DNA of 64,000 nucleotides from Octopus sinensis (Eukaryota). Where the stretch lies: NCBI RefSeq assembly GCF_006345805.1, contig NC_043001.1, forward strand, positions 130,076,001-130,140,000, given 5' to 3'. A model generated the notes under the pieces. It was given only the letters and a program-made list of their open reading frames with translations. It was not told the DNA's origin and searched no databases. This document shows, piece by piece, positions 1 to 12,084 of this stretch (the first letter of the stretch is position 1; each line of letters opens with the position of its first letter). Both the position numbers and the translations under genes were made by a program.

Positions 1-175
1 GTGTGTTTACGTCCCCATAACTTAACAGTTCAGTAAAAAAAGACTGACAGAATAAGTTTTAGGCTGAAAAAAATAAAAGTCCTGGGGTGGATTTGTGTGA
101 CTAAAAAAAAAAAAACCTTCAAGGCAGTACTCCAGCATGGCCACAGTCAAATGACTGAAACAAATAAAAGATAAA
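1..175 (+). mobile_element. SINE family B (CORE-like), 3' portion cut by window edge
   Basis: Matches the family-B 3' half and tail CTCCAGCATGGCCACAGTCAAATGACTGAAACAA seen in full copies at 15285 and 16435. Confidence 0.85.
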
Positions 176-199
176 AAAACCCAGCTGTATTAGTACTAC

Positions 200-745
200 T
201 TGTACCACCATCACCACCACCACCACCACCACCACCACCACCACCACCGACCACCACCACCACCACCATCACCACCACCACCCACCACCACCACCACCAC
301 CACCCCACCACCACCACCCCACCACCACCACCATCACACCACCACCACCATCACCACCACCACCACCACCACCAACCCAACCACCATCACCACCACCACC
401 ACCACCCACCACCACCACCAACCAACCACCACCACCACCACCACCACCATCACACCACCACCACCACCACCACCACCACCATCACCACCAACCAACCACC
501 ACCACCACACCACCACCACACCACCATCACCACCACCACCACCATCACCACCACCACCACCACCACCACACCACCAACACACCACACCACCACCACCACC
601 ACCACCACCACCACCATCACCACCACCACCACCACCACCACCAACCACCACCATCACCACCACCACCACCACACCACCACCACACCACCACCCACCACCA
701 CCACCACCACCACCACCACCACCACACCACCACCACCACCACTAA
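200..745. repeat. (CAC/ACC)n microsatellite with interspersed ATC
   Basis: Directly visible; gives poly-H/P/T pseudo-ORFs. Confidence 0.97.
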
Positions 746-1935
746 CTACTACTATTACCTCCTTCTCACCACTGTTAATACTACGATTTCAGATTCATAA
801 TAGTACAACTATTATTATACTAATACTACAAATACTGCTACTATTAACCCCTTACTACTGCTGCCACCACCACCACCACCACCACCACTACCACTACCAT
901 CACCATAAATGCCTCCAATACCACAAACACCAGAAATCCTCACCACCACCACCACCACCACCACCACCACCACCACCACCGTCACCTTCCATTCCACTGC
1001 AACTTCCAACACTTACAGTAAGTATTACTACTATTGCCCGTCTTCACCCACCCCCCCACCCCCGTCCAACCATCACCTCCATACTACTACAACCGTTACT
1101 GCAAACGCCACCACCACACCACCACCATCATCACTGCCACCACCTTTACAAGTATTACCTCTTACTATCACTGTCACCACCACCACCACCACCATCACCA
1201 CCTCTGTAACCACAGTCATAACCACAATCACCACAGCCTTGCCCACAGTCACTCCTACTGTAGCCACCACCACCACCACCACCACCACCACTACCACCAA
1301 CAACACCAATACTACTGCATCTACTATTACATTCTGTACAAACATGTCCACACAATGACCAATGCAACTTCCACCAACGCCACAATTACCCCCTACCCAC
1401 TACCACCACCACCACTATCACCATCGCCATCACCACATCACCACACACTAATTCAGTGACTACTAAAACTACAACTCCTCTTGCCCTGCCCTGCCCTGCC
1501 CTGCTCTGCCCTGTTCTCCCCCCCCCCCGCCCTTGCTCCACCCCCCACCTTACCCTCACAGTGGCCACTAATGCCAATACCACTTCTATTGTTTCTTCTT
1601 ATTTGACCATCAGGCGCCATAGCAACTGCCTCCACTAGCTGCATTATCAGTATCATCATCATCATCACCACTGCCATCGCATACATTCCCTTTCACTCAC
1701 CACCACCACCACCACCACCACCACCACTGCCACCAGTATTCATACTAATACCATACAGCTTCTCACCATCACCAACCAACACTACCACTACCACTACCAC
1801 TACCAAACCAACATTGCAAGACTATTAGTAATAACAGCTCCTTTCCTATATAACTGTCCCTACCTATAATACCATTATTCTTCACACAGAAACACTACTA
1901 CTACTACTACTACTACTACTTACTACTTACTACTT
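746..1935. repeat. Degenerate ACC/ACT low-complexity tract
   Basis: ACC, ACT and ATC triplet runs with scattered substitutions. Confidence 0.9.
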
Positions 1936-2310
1936 ACTACTACTGCTACTGCATATTTGGAGACTTTGAGAATTGGTAAATGCCAGACATACTTTTCTGA
2001 CCTATTGCTTTTACAAGTTCAATTCTTTCTGCAGTTGACTCAAAGATTTAATCTTTGGTGGCAGTGGTGCTGCTGGTGATTGTGGTCAATAAAAAGGAAT
2101 ACCAGTCACATATTAGTATTGATGTAATTAATTAATCAGTTTTTTTACCTCTAGCAACTACAAAAAAAAAAAAAATGAAACAAATGCCAAAAAAAAAAAC
2201 AAACTAATAATTCTACTTGAGTACTAGGATTGATGTAATCAACTTATCCCCTTTCCCAAAACTGCTGGCCTTGTGCCAAAATTCGAAACTATTATTATTA
2301 TTATTATTAT

Positions 2311-2698
2311 TGAGTGAGAGAGCAGTTCATGCCATCAAAGTGACACTGGGGTAAAAATTACGAAGCCCAGTATAACCATCATGACTACCCGTCTGATAAG
2401 GGTACACCAGGCACATGCATCACAACCATTTGTGCGCGACATGGTGATCTCATATCAAGATAAACAGCACATGACCTTGCAGGTGGGGCCCAGTTAGAAT
2501 TTTCTTCAGGCTGAGTAGCCCATCCCGCTCAAAAGGTCCCTGAATAAGGGTTGTTTAAGGATGTTGAAAGAACCACCCATGTTTCCTTCAAACCCCAAAG
2601 AATCCCTCTCAACACATGGCTATGATGCTCCCCCACTACTTCTGCTCGTGATCAGAGATGCACATATCGTCAGCCACTAAGGGACATGCTCAACTGGT
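2311..2698 (-). mobile_element. Interspersed repeat family E, probably a non-LTR element 3' region ending in (TAA)n
   Basis: Near-identical copies at 4330-4422, 35372-35790 and 50390-50555; abuts (TTA)n. Orientation and class are inferred. Confidence 0.7.
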
Positions 2699-2747
2699 TT
2701 ATTATTATTATTATTATTATCATTATTGTTGTTGTTGTTGTTAAGGA

Positions 2748-2945
2748 AGGTGGCAAGCTGGGTGAAATGCTTAGCGGTATTTTGTCTGCCCCTACATTCT
2801 GGGTTCAAATTCCGCTGAGGTCGGCTTTGCCTTTCATCCTTTCAGGGTTGATAAATTAAGTACCAGTTGAGTACTGGGGTCAATGTAATCGACTATCCCC
2901 CTCCTCCAAATTTCAGGCTTTGTGCCTATAGTAGAAAGAATTATT
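2748..2945 (+). mobile_element. SINE family A (GGCGAGCTGGCAG head), A2 tail
   Basis: B-box-like GGGTTCAAATTCC, central GCCTTTCATCCTTTCAGGGTTGATAAATTAAGTACCAG, tail GTGCCTATAGTAGAAAG+(ATT)n. Confidence 0.9.
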
Positions 2946-2952
2946 ATTATCA

Positions 2953-3165
2953 AGGCTGTGAGATGGCTGAATCGTTAGCATGCTGGTCGAAATGCGTAGC
3001 CATATTTTGTCTGTCTTCGTGTTCTGAGTTCAAATTCTGCTGAAGTTAACTTTGCCTTTCATCCTTTTGGGGTCGATAAATTAAGTACCAATGAAACACT
3101 TGGGTCACTGTAATTTACTAGTCCTCTCCCCCACCAGGCCTCGTGCCTTTAGTAGAAAAGATGAC
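2953..3165 (+). mobile_element. SINE family A, A2 tail
   Basis: Same head, centre and tail as the copy at 2748. Confidence 0.85.
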
Positions 3166-3181
3166 TATTATTAGTATCAGT

Positions 3182-3566
3182 GGAAGCACTCCGTCGGTTG
3201 CGACGATGAGGGTTCCAGTTGATCCGAATCAACGGAACAGCCTGCTCGTGAAATTAACGTGTAAGTGGCTGAGCACTCCACAGACACGTGCACCCTTAAC
3301 GTAGTTCTCGGGGATATTCAGCGTGACACAGAGAGTGACAAGGCCGGCCCTTTGAAATACAGGTACAACAGAAACAGGAAGTAAGAGTGAGAGAAAGTTG
3401 TGGTGAAAGAGTACAGCAGGGATCACCACCACCCCCTGCTGGAGCCTCGTGGAGCTTTTAGGTGTTTACGCTCAATAAACACTCACAACGCCCAGTCTGG
3501 GAATCGAAACCGCGATCCTATGATCGCGAGTCCGCTGCCCTAACCACTGAGCCATTGCGCCTCCAC
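3182..3566 (-). mobile_element. Full-length tRNA-derived SINE family C with 15-bp TSD
   Basis: Reverse complement of the copy at 22207; flanked by ATTATTAGTATCAGT at 3167-3181 and 3567-3581. Confidence 0.93.
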
Positions 3567-4104
3567 ATTATTAGTATCAGTATTATTATTAAGGTAGAGT
3601 ACTGGGAGAACCGTTAGCATAGTAGACAAGATGCTTAACGGCATTTTCATCTGTCTATATTCTGAGTTTGAGGTTAATAAAATAAGTACCAGCTGAGCAT
3701 ATATGCCTTGAAGAGATAGTACAAAGAAGAAAGTACATTTTTGTCCAGTAAGAGACAACACCTCTCTAGTGTCGTTTGTTGTGATAAAGTGCACTTAGTA
3801 TGCTCTATACTATATTCAATAGTAGGTATAGAAACAGAGGCAGAATAGGATAGAGAGAACTCATTAGCCTTATTGAGAACACGACAAACTTCTTGGTACT
3901 GGTGTTATGTTAAAAATGTGTTCAGTGCACTCTGTAGAGTGGTTTACATTAAGCAGAGCATTCACCTTCGGAAACCATGCCAAAATCAAAATGTATGAGA
4001 AAGATGTGCCACTTAGGAAAGTAGTGACACCAAATAAGAATTAATGTTAAACCTGTACCAGTAAGGAAAGCAAATGCGAAATGATGATGAAGATGACGAT
4101 GGTG

Positions 4105-4254
4105 GTTTTCATGTTCTGAGTTCAAATTCCACTGAGGTCAACTTTTCCTTTCATCATTGTGGGGTCAATAAATTAAGTACCAGTTGAGTGCTGGGGTTGA
4201 ATTAATTGATTTACTTCTTCTCTCCCAAATTTCAGGCATTGTGTCTATAGCAGA

Positions 4255-4262
<8 letters not shown>
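4105..4262 (+). mobile_element. SINE family A, 5'-truncated
   Basis: B-box through A2 tail. Confidence 0.8.
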
Positions 4263-4312
<50 letters not shown>

Positions 4313-4329
4313 TTATTATTATTATTATT

Positions 4330-4422
4330 ATTGAGTGTGAGAGCAGTTCATGCCATCAAAGTGACACTGGGGTAAAATATACGAAGCCAATATACCCATC
4401 ATGACTACCCGTCTGATAAAGG
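4330..4422 (-). mobile_element. Family E terminal fragment embedded in (TTA)n
   Basis: Matches 2311-2400. Confidence 0.8.
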
Positions 4423-4477
4423 TTATTATTATTATTATTATTATTTTTTTTTTTTTAATATTTTTTATTTTTTTTAA

Positions 4478-4692
4478 AGTGGCAAGCTGCAAGAATCGTT
4501 AGCACATCATGCAAAATGCTTATCAGTATTTCGTCTGCCTTCACGTTCTGTGTTCAAATTCCACTGAGGTCAGCTTTGCCTTTTATCCTTTCCGGGTCAA
4601 TAAAATAAGTACCAGTTGAGAACTGGGGTCAATGTAATTGACTGTCCCCTTCCTCCAAATTTCAGGCTTTGTGCCTATAGCAGAAAGGATTA
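4478..4692 (+). mobile_element. SINE family A, A2 tail
   Basis: Head GTGGCAAGCTGCAAGAATCGTTAGCA through tail. Confidence 0.88.
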
Positions 4693-4989
4693 TTATTATT
4701 ATCATTATTATTATTATATCCTGATTTCAAACCCCTTAAAGGTCAGCTGTGCCTGTCATCATTCTGGGTTTCATATAATAAGTAGCAATCAAGCACTGGA
4801 TCAATTTAATTGATTATGGCCCTTGTCACAACTATCTTGTCCTGTACCAATGATAGACATTCTTACTATCATCTCACTATCTTCCTCTGCTTGAGAAAAA
4901 TGCTTTGTTTCCATCTGTTTGATGGCTACAATGAAAGAGGCTTTGTGGTGGAAGTCACTGAAGACTTAGGTCAGATACTTACCTCTTCA

Positions 4990-5250
4990 GCCAAGCCTTC
5001 CATTGAATTTTTTTTTCAAATCCCATTTTAAGAGCACAGTGAAGGTGGAGAAAGAGGCGGTGCTGTCCACCAGTAAATCTGTTGAAAGTTGGGGGAGAGT
5101 AGGGAATACCGCTCAAAAGAATGAGCCTGGAGTGTGTCTGAAGGCCATGGAATAGAACTAAGAGGGCACCTATGTTTGCTTGTCAGAGTAATTTTGGATC
5201 TGTAGGTCCTTCTTTCAATGGCTCTAGGTCAATGTTTCTTATGAGGGAAA
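4990..5250 (-). mobile_element. Highly degenerate Penelope-like RT C-terminal remnant
   Basis: Frameshifted patches (KHRCPLSSIP, FERYS) loosely resemble the PLE RT C-terminus; partly similar to 29400-29450. Confidence 0.3.
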
Positions 5251-5649
5251 GGTAAGACCTCAAGAGAGGCCAATAAGAATTGAAAAGGGTCAGATAAACT
5301 AACATTTTTAATGAAATTAAGAGGGTTTTAGATGTATTGAAACTTGTCCAACACCATGAAAAACGAAGTGCACAGAGGCAAAGTATAATTTGTCTTCTCA
5401 TTAATAAAAGGAAGTGAAATAGGGGTGGGTAGAAAAATTTTACTCACACACACACACAGAGGCACACGCACATGCACACACACACACATACATATATTAA
5501 TATATATATATATATATTAATGTGTGTGTATATATATATATATATATAGATAAAACTTACTTAGAAGCGTTCTATCATATTATTTTGTTATTATATATAT
5601 ATAATATATATATAACACATATATATTAATGTGTATATATATATGTTTC

Positions 5650-5790
5650 CTATGTTTTCCGACGAAAAGCTCCGCTCGAAACGTTAAACCCTCCTTTTTC
5701 CTTCTTTCCTGAGCATCCAATAATACTATATTTGTTCCACGTCCTCGCATTGTTGTGTTTTTGTGCTTTCTTGTTTGGATTAATTTTATA
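5650..5790 (+). mobile_element. Penelope-like terminal (pLTR-type) fragment
   Basis: CCGACGAAAAGCTCCGCTCGAAACGTT motif followed by a T-rich tail between TA repeats. Confidence 0.45.
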
Positions 5791-5802
5791 TATATATATA
5801 TA

Positions 5803-6014
5803 TCTTTTTACTCTTTTACTTGTTTCAGTCATTTGACTGCGGCATGCTGGAGCACCGCCTTAGTCGAGCAAATCGACCCCAGGACTTATTCTTTGTAAGC
5901 CCAGTACTTATTCTATCGGTCTCTTTTTGCCGAACAGCTAAGTGACGGGGATGTAAACACACCAGCATCGTTGTCAAAGCAATGCTAGGGGGACAAACAA
6001 AGACAACACAACAC

Positions 6015-6084
<70 letters not shown>

Positions 6085-6241
6085 ACAACAGGCTTCTTTC
6101 ATTTCTGTCTACCAAATCCACTCACAAGGCATTGGTCGGCCCGGGGCTATAGCAGAAGACACTTGCCCAAGATGCTGCACAGTGGGACTGAACCCGGAAC
6201 CATGAGGTTGGTTAGCAAGCTACTTACCACAGAGCCACTCC
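5803..6241 (-). mobile_element. Full-length SINE family B (CORE-like; resembles described octopus OR-type SINEs)
   Basis: tRNA-like head, CORE-like CATCTTGGGCAAGTGTCTT, internal (TA)n, tail ...GAAACAAGTAAAAGAGTAAAA. Confidence 0.92.
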
Positions 6242-6245
6242 ACAC

Positions 6246-6276
<31 letters not shown>

Positions 6277-6482
6277 CATACATATATTGTATTTTTGGTG
6301 GGAACTGGTACTTGCCAATTTGAGACCTACTAGGTGACAGACATGCTCTAAGAACTATCGAATAATTGTATATTATTACATTTTTTATTTGTTTGGTTTC
6401 AGACTCCCAACCACCACACACATTTGTCGCATATCCTGTAATATCTTCCAAGTCATTGTTCTTGAGGCAATAAGAAAGAAAT

Positions 6483-6650
6483 GATTCTGTTTCTACATTC
6501 TGAGTTAAAATTCCAGTGCGGTTCACTTTGTCTTTCATCCATTTAAGGTTGACGAAATTAAGTACCAGCTGACCACTGGGATCAATCTAATTGACTAGGT
6601 CCCTCTTCAACAAACATTTTCAGACCTTGAGTCTATAATAGAAAGGATTT
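6483..6650 (+). mobile_element. SINE family A, 5'-truncated, A2 tail
   Basis: Central AAATTAAGTACCAG and tail. Confidence 0.75.
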
Positions 6651-6715
6651 TAAATAACAGACTTTTCCTCCACTCTCTCTCTCCAAATTCCTGGCTTAGC
6701 CTTCACTTAATATCT

Positions 6716-6945
6716 ATTTCTTTACTGCCCACGAGGGGATAAACACAGAGAGGACAAGCAAGGACAGACAAACGGATTAAGTCGATTATATCGACCCCAG
6801 TGCATAACTGGTACTTATTTAATCGACCCCGAAAGGATGAAAGGCAAATTCGACCTCGGCGGAATTTGAACTCAGAACGTAACGGGAGACGAAATATCGC
6901 TAAGCATTTCGCCCGGCATGCTAACGTTTCTGCCAGCTCGCCGCC
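6716..6945 (-). mobile_element. Full-length SINE family A, A1 tail
   Basis: Reverse complement of the near-consensus copy at 12085. Confidence 0.93.
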
Positions 6946-7004
6946 TTATTAACTGCCTTCACTTAATATCATCATTATCACCATCACCATTACCACCACC
7001 ACCA

Positions 7005-7103
7005 NNNNNNNNNNNNNNNNNNNNNNNNNNNNNNNNNNNNNNNNNNNNNNNNNNNNNNNNNNNNNNNNNNNNNNNNNNNNNNNNNNNNNNNNNNNNNNNN
7101 NNN
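7005..7103. other. Assembly gap (about 100 N)
   Basis: Run of N. Confidence 0.99.
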
Positions 7104-7106
7104 NGG

Positions 7107-7393
7107 GCTCCTTTTACCGAAGCGCTAAGTTACAGGGACGTAAACACACCAGCATCGGTTGTCAAGTGATGTTGGGGGGACAAACACAGATACACAAACG
7201 TATACACACACATACACACACATATATATATACATATATACGACAGGCTTCTTTCAGTTTCTGTCTACCAAATCCATTCACAAGGCCTTGGTCGGCCCGA
7301 GGCTATAGTAGAAGACACTTGCCCAAGGTGCCATGCAGTGGGACTGAACCCGGAACCATGTGGTTGGTAAGCAAGCTACTTACCACACAGCCA
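7107..7393 (-). mobile_element. SINE family B, 3' end lost in gap
   Basis: Head, CORE-like box and mid region present. Confidence 0.9.
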
Positions 7394-7403
7394 TTCATAT
7401 TCA

Positions 7404-7874
7404 TATTTGAAAGAATGAGTAGAAATGGCTTGTTCAAGGGGATAATTTTTATTTTAATCTTAATAATAATGTTTGCAGTGAGTTACACTGATATGAGATT
7501 CAAGCCTCTTGTAGCCATTTTCAAATTCAAATTTGCATGCTTTACTGGTTGCTTAAATAGCAAAAGATTTTTTCTTACAAGTATACATACAAAAAACAAA
7601 AAAAAGAAACATAGACTGAAAAGAGAAAAGAATATAAAAGAATATAAAAAATGTATAAAAAATGCTTATAAAAAATTAAACAAAATATACAAAAATAATA
7701 TATATATATAATATTATATATAATATAAAAGAATACAAAAGCATATGTGAAGAAGTAGAACGGCTACAAGAAGCTTGAAACTCATATCAGAGTAAGTCAC
7801 TGTAAACATTATTATTGAGATTAAAATAAAAATTATCCCCTCAAAAAGGCCATCTCCACTCATTCTTTCAAACA
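7404..7874. mobile_element. MITE or fold-back element with ~115-bp imperfect inverted termini
   Basis: 7404-7520 is the reverse complement of 7755-7874 (TTTGAAAGAATGAGT...AGGGGATAATTTTTATTTTAATC...CTGATATGAG..TCAAGC.TCTTGTAGCC). Confidence 0.75.
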
Positions 7875-7919
7875 TATATAATACTGTACCAAGAACTTGC
7901 TCTTTATTATTCTACTATA

Positions 7920-7951
7920 TATTCATATAATATAATATATATATATATATG

Positions 7952-7994
<43 letters not shown>

Positions 7995-8045
7995 TATACA
8001 TATATATATGTATGTATATATATATATATATGTGGTATATGTATA

Positions 8046-8077
<32 letters not shown>

Positions 8078-8104
8078 GTATAAGTGTATATATATATATA
8101 TGTA

Positions 8105-8157
<53 letters not shown>

Positions 8158-8210
8158 ATATATAATATATAATGTATATGTATATAAATATATATATATA
8201 TATATAATTG
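7920..8210. repeat. (TA)n/(TATG)n microsatellite
   Basis: Directly visible. Confidence 0.95.
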
Positions 8211-8699
8211 TTAGATGCTAAGTAGTTTCATTGTTTTTCATAAAAACATGTAAATACATCATAACTAATATAAAAGTAATTATATACATATATATATTCA
8301 TATTGGTATATATGAATGTGTACATGTGTGTGTAGGATAAAAGGGTGCTTGCATAGAAATGTGGTTGTTTGTTTGTGTGAATGAACACATACGCACAAGC
8401 GCAGCACAACAGAGCTTCAGGAACTCCACATGTTACGCATCCTTATTGTATTGATTATATAACGCGAGCATTAGAAAGCACATGAATGTGCCGCATATGT
8501 AGAGAGACAATCAGTTCATACATGTGTAAACTGCAATCTAAGGAGACACTTGTGAGAAACAGCCAAGTACTTAGAACAATCTGCAGTACTGCAGTTGATC
8601 TTACAGTTCCATTTATCGTCTTATTACCACTCACCACTATGTCTGCTCATTCACAAACAACAACATCCCTACAAGCACAAATCTGCACACATGCATAAT

Positions 8700-8702
8700 A
8701 TA

Positions 8703-8739
<37 letters not shown>

Positions 8740-8787
8740 TATATATATATATATATATAAATATACATATATATATATATACATATA

Positions 8788-8831
<44 letters not shown>

Positions 8832-8976
8832 ATATATATAGTGTGTGTGTATATATACACAGACAAACACATATAGAATATGCGTATATATATATGTGTT
8901 TGTTTACATCTAAATATGTATAAATATAAATATACATACACACGTGCACACATACACCATATATATAATATGATAG

Positions 8977-9007
<31 letters not shown>

Positions 9008-9025
9008 ATGCATATATATATATAC
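8700..9025. repeat. (TA)n microsatellite mosaic
   Basis: Directly visible. Confidence 0.95.
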
Positions 9026-9239
9026 TCTTATATAGTTATGAGCCTCTCAAGAACTCCCACTATTTGTACAACACATTCCTTCAGAAGAAATGGCTCGCCC
9101 TGTAGATTTATCACAACAGACAGTCACACACTCATATATTCATACACGTGGATGCACAAATACACACAGATGCATGCACAAACATACATAAATGTTTCTT
9201 GAGTGCGTACATATACTATATATACATACATACGCATGC

Positions 9240-9242
9240 ATG

Positions 9243-9275
<33 letters not shown>

Positions 9276-9407
9276 ACACACATCACACACACACATCACA
9301 CACCCACTCACACCACACACCACACACACACACCACTCACACACACACACTCACAACACAACACATTCACACACACACACACACACAACCACACTCACAC
9401 ACACTCA

Positions 9408-9439
<32 letters not shown>

Positions 9440-9620
9440 ACACACACACTCACACCACACACACACACACACTCACACACACACACAACTCACACAAACA
9501 CACACACACACACACCCTCACACACACACACCACACTCCACACACACACCACACACTCCACATCACACACCACACACACACACACACAACACACACACAC
9601 ACACACACACCACACACACT
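9240..9620. repeat. (CA)n microsatellite
   Basis: Directly visible. Confidence 0.95.
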
Positions 9621-9744
9621 TCTATACTTAAGAATTGTCAACCATTCTATTTATCAATATATTCATTCTGCTGAAAGTGACTTTATTGATTCAAGAATAA
9701 TAAATGATTACATACATGTAGACATATACTTATGTACAAGCAGG

Positions 9745-10047
9745 CAAAGCACCATCCGAACGTGGCCGATGCCAGCGCCGCCTTGGTTGGATTCCGTGCC
9801 GGTGGCACGTTAAAAGCACCAACCGATCGTGGCCAATGCCAGACCCCCCCTGGCTCCTGTGCAGGTGGAACGTAAAAAGCACCCACTACACTCACGGAGT
9901 GGTTGGCATTAGGAAGGGCATCCAGTTGTAGAAACACTGCCAGATCAGACTGGAGCCTGGTGTAGCCCTGGCTTCCCAGACCCCGGTCGAACCGTCCAAC
10001 CCGTGCTAGCGCGGAAAACGGATGTTAAACGATGATGATGATGATGA
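9745..10047 (+). mobile_element. RTE-clade LINE 3' UTR fragment (family D)
   Basis: Matches the 3' part of the RTE copy at 55619-56233; ends GTTAAACGATGATGATG. Confidence 0.85.
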
Positions 10048-10560
10048 TATCATCATCATTATTTAACGTTTGTTGTCCATGCTGGCATGGGTTAGACGGT
10101 TTGACCAGGGCTGTCAAGATGGAAGGCTGCACCCAACTCCAGTCTGATTTGCCATGGTTTCTGCAGCTGGATGCCTTTCCACTCTGAGAGAATAGCACAA
10201 GGGTGCTTTTATGTGCAAGTGGCACAGGTGCCATTTGCATGGCACCAGTGTCTGCCACCACTGTGATTTTACTTGGCTTGATGGGTCTTCTTCTCAAGCA
10301 CAACATAAAGTCAAAGGTCTCGGTCATTCATCATTGCCTCCATAAGGCCCAACACTTGAAAGGTGCTTTTCACATGCCACTGACATAAGCCACTGTGTTT
10401 CCATCAGGCCCAATGCTCAAAAGGTGCTTTTTATGTGCCACCGGCATGGGTGCCAGTTGTGTGACATCAGCATGATTTCACTTGGCTTGATGGGTCTTTT
10501 CAAGCATAGCATATCTCCAATGGTCTTGGTCACCAGTCATTGCCTCTGTAAGGCCTAAAA
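10048..10560 (-). mobile_element. RTE-clade LINE 3' UTR fragment (family D variant), tail-to-tail with the previous copy
   Basis: Starts ATCATCATTATTTAACGTTTGTTGTCCATGCTGGCATGGG, the reverse complement of the family D end. Confidence 0.8.
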
Positions 10561-10739
10561 TTTGAAGATCATGTTTCACCACCACATCCCATGTCTTCTT
10601 GGGTCTACCTCTTCTACAGGTTCCCCTCCAGAGTTAGACATCAGAACTTCTTTACACAACCGTCTTCATCTGTGTACATCTCATGACCATACCAGCACAA
10701 TTCAAGCACTGGTTTTTCACAGAGGCAATGTGACCACTG

Positions 10740-10920
10740 CTAGTGTCATGTAACTGGCACTCATTACACTCTTGGAGAGGTTGGCATCAGGAAGGGCATC
10801 CATCCATAGAAACCATGCTGAATCAGATTGGAGCCTGGTGCAGCCCCTTAGCTTACCAACCCTGGCCAAACCATCTAACCCATGCCTCCAAGGACAATAA
10901 GCTGCTGCTGATGATGATGA
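10740..10920 (+). mobile_element. Family D (RTE 3' UTR) fragment
   Basis: GGTTGGCATCAGGAAGGGCATCC...AACCCATGCC...GATGATG. Confidence 0.75.
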
Positions 10921-10949
10921 TATACATCTATATATATATTTAAAAAAAT

Positions 10950-11345
10950 TTTTTTTATTTTTATCTAGTTTCAGCTCACAAGCTGTGGCCATGCTGGGGC
11001 ACCGCCATTTGGTGTTGCTACATGATTTTACTTCATGAATGCTTTTTAGCAATTGCCATTTGGTGCATGAGAGAGTTCGATGCAGCTGCCCTCATCTGCA
11101 CCTCCTGCACCAGTTGGTTCATTCGAGACACCTGACAAGAAGAGATCCAGTTTTATTTTAAAGATATCTGCATCCACCCCATGCAGGTCTCTTAGGTTCT
11201 TCGGGAGGATATTGAAGAGCTGTGGGCCTCAGAAGCCCAGGCTATCACAGTATCTTGTCCTACATCTTGATGGCAAATTTGGAGTCCTTGGCACTATGCA
11301 GTGGCGCCCAGTTCTGGCATTCGTGTAACTCTCGATGCCAAAGTT
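10950..11345 (-). mobile_element. CR1/L2-group LINE 3' end (ORF2 C-terminus and 3' UTR)
   Basis: Translates to YTNARTGRHCIVP...YCDSLGF*GPQLFNILPKNLRDLHGVDADIFKIKLDLFLSGVSNEP, typical of CR1-group RT C-termini; A-rich tail. Confidence 0.8.
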
Positions 11346-11813
11346 ACATAAGTGAGAGGACAAATGAAAGGAAAAGGCAGGGGTTTCATGGATTATTATC
11401 TAAAACTGTTTGGTTCAGCTCCATGTAGCTTAAAGTTCGTGTTAGAAGCCCATGAAACAGCAAGTCTCATGGAGCCAAACCGAATAATAAATATATCAAA
11501 TTTTGAATTTGAAGTAGCTTTAATAATGTAGACATTACCAATGACACACACACTCGTAAATGTATGTAGTTACAGAGTTTATTAGCTGCAGGACCGCATC
11601 AGGGAAAAAGTCCCTTTAAGATGTTTAGTGTTAAAAACCAATGAACACCTCAAACCAAGTGAAACAAATCACCCTGTGTGGGAGCAAAATGAGTGGATAT
11701 TGATATTTTGCTGACATTTTAGGTCATCAGCACCATCATCCTCATCATCATCATCATCATCTTCATTTCACTTCTGTTCTCCATGCTAGCATAGGTTGGA
11801 CAAAATAAACATG

Positions 11814-11885
11814 TTCCTATGCTGAGATTCAAACCTGGGCCACCTGGGTGAAAGCTAAGAATCCTAACCACTAGACTACATAGGA
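11814..11885 (-). pseudogene. tRNA-Glu(TTC) pseudogene
   Basis: 72 nt; acceptor stem TCCTATG/CATAGGA intact, D-arm GTCTAGTGGTTAGGAT, loop CTTTCAC; anticodon and T stems broken, T-loop TTTGAAT. Confidence 0.8.
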
Positions 11886-11979
11886 AAGTGACATACGCAA
11901 GTATATATGTACATGTATGTATATATATACATATATATAGATAGATAGATAGATAGATAGATACATATATACATATATA

Positions 11980-12014
<35 letters not shown>

Positions 12015-12084
12015 GTTTGTATGTATTCTCATATGTGTATATACATACTGATATGCCTATATAAAAATATATATATATACATAT

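Noticed and set aside
200-1700. Long poly-His/Pro/Thr/Val ORFs
   Set aside because: Translations of (CAC)n repeats, open in several frames, with no splice or domain support
3490-3566. tRNA-like heads of SINE families A, B, C and F
   Set aside because: Pol III promoter remnants attached to SINE bodies with no complete cloverleaf; not tRNA genes
5655-5700. CCGACGA..GCTCGAAACGTT hammerhead-like motif
   Set aside because: U4 replaced by C and weak helices I and II; at best a dead relic
7166-7711. 181-aa ORF with a hydrophobic stretch
   Set aside because: Spans a SINE B and a MITE arm; the same peptide recurs in other SINE copies
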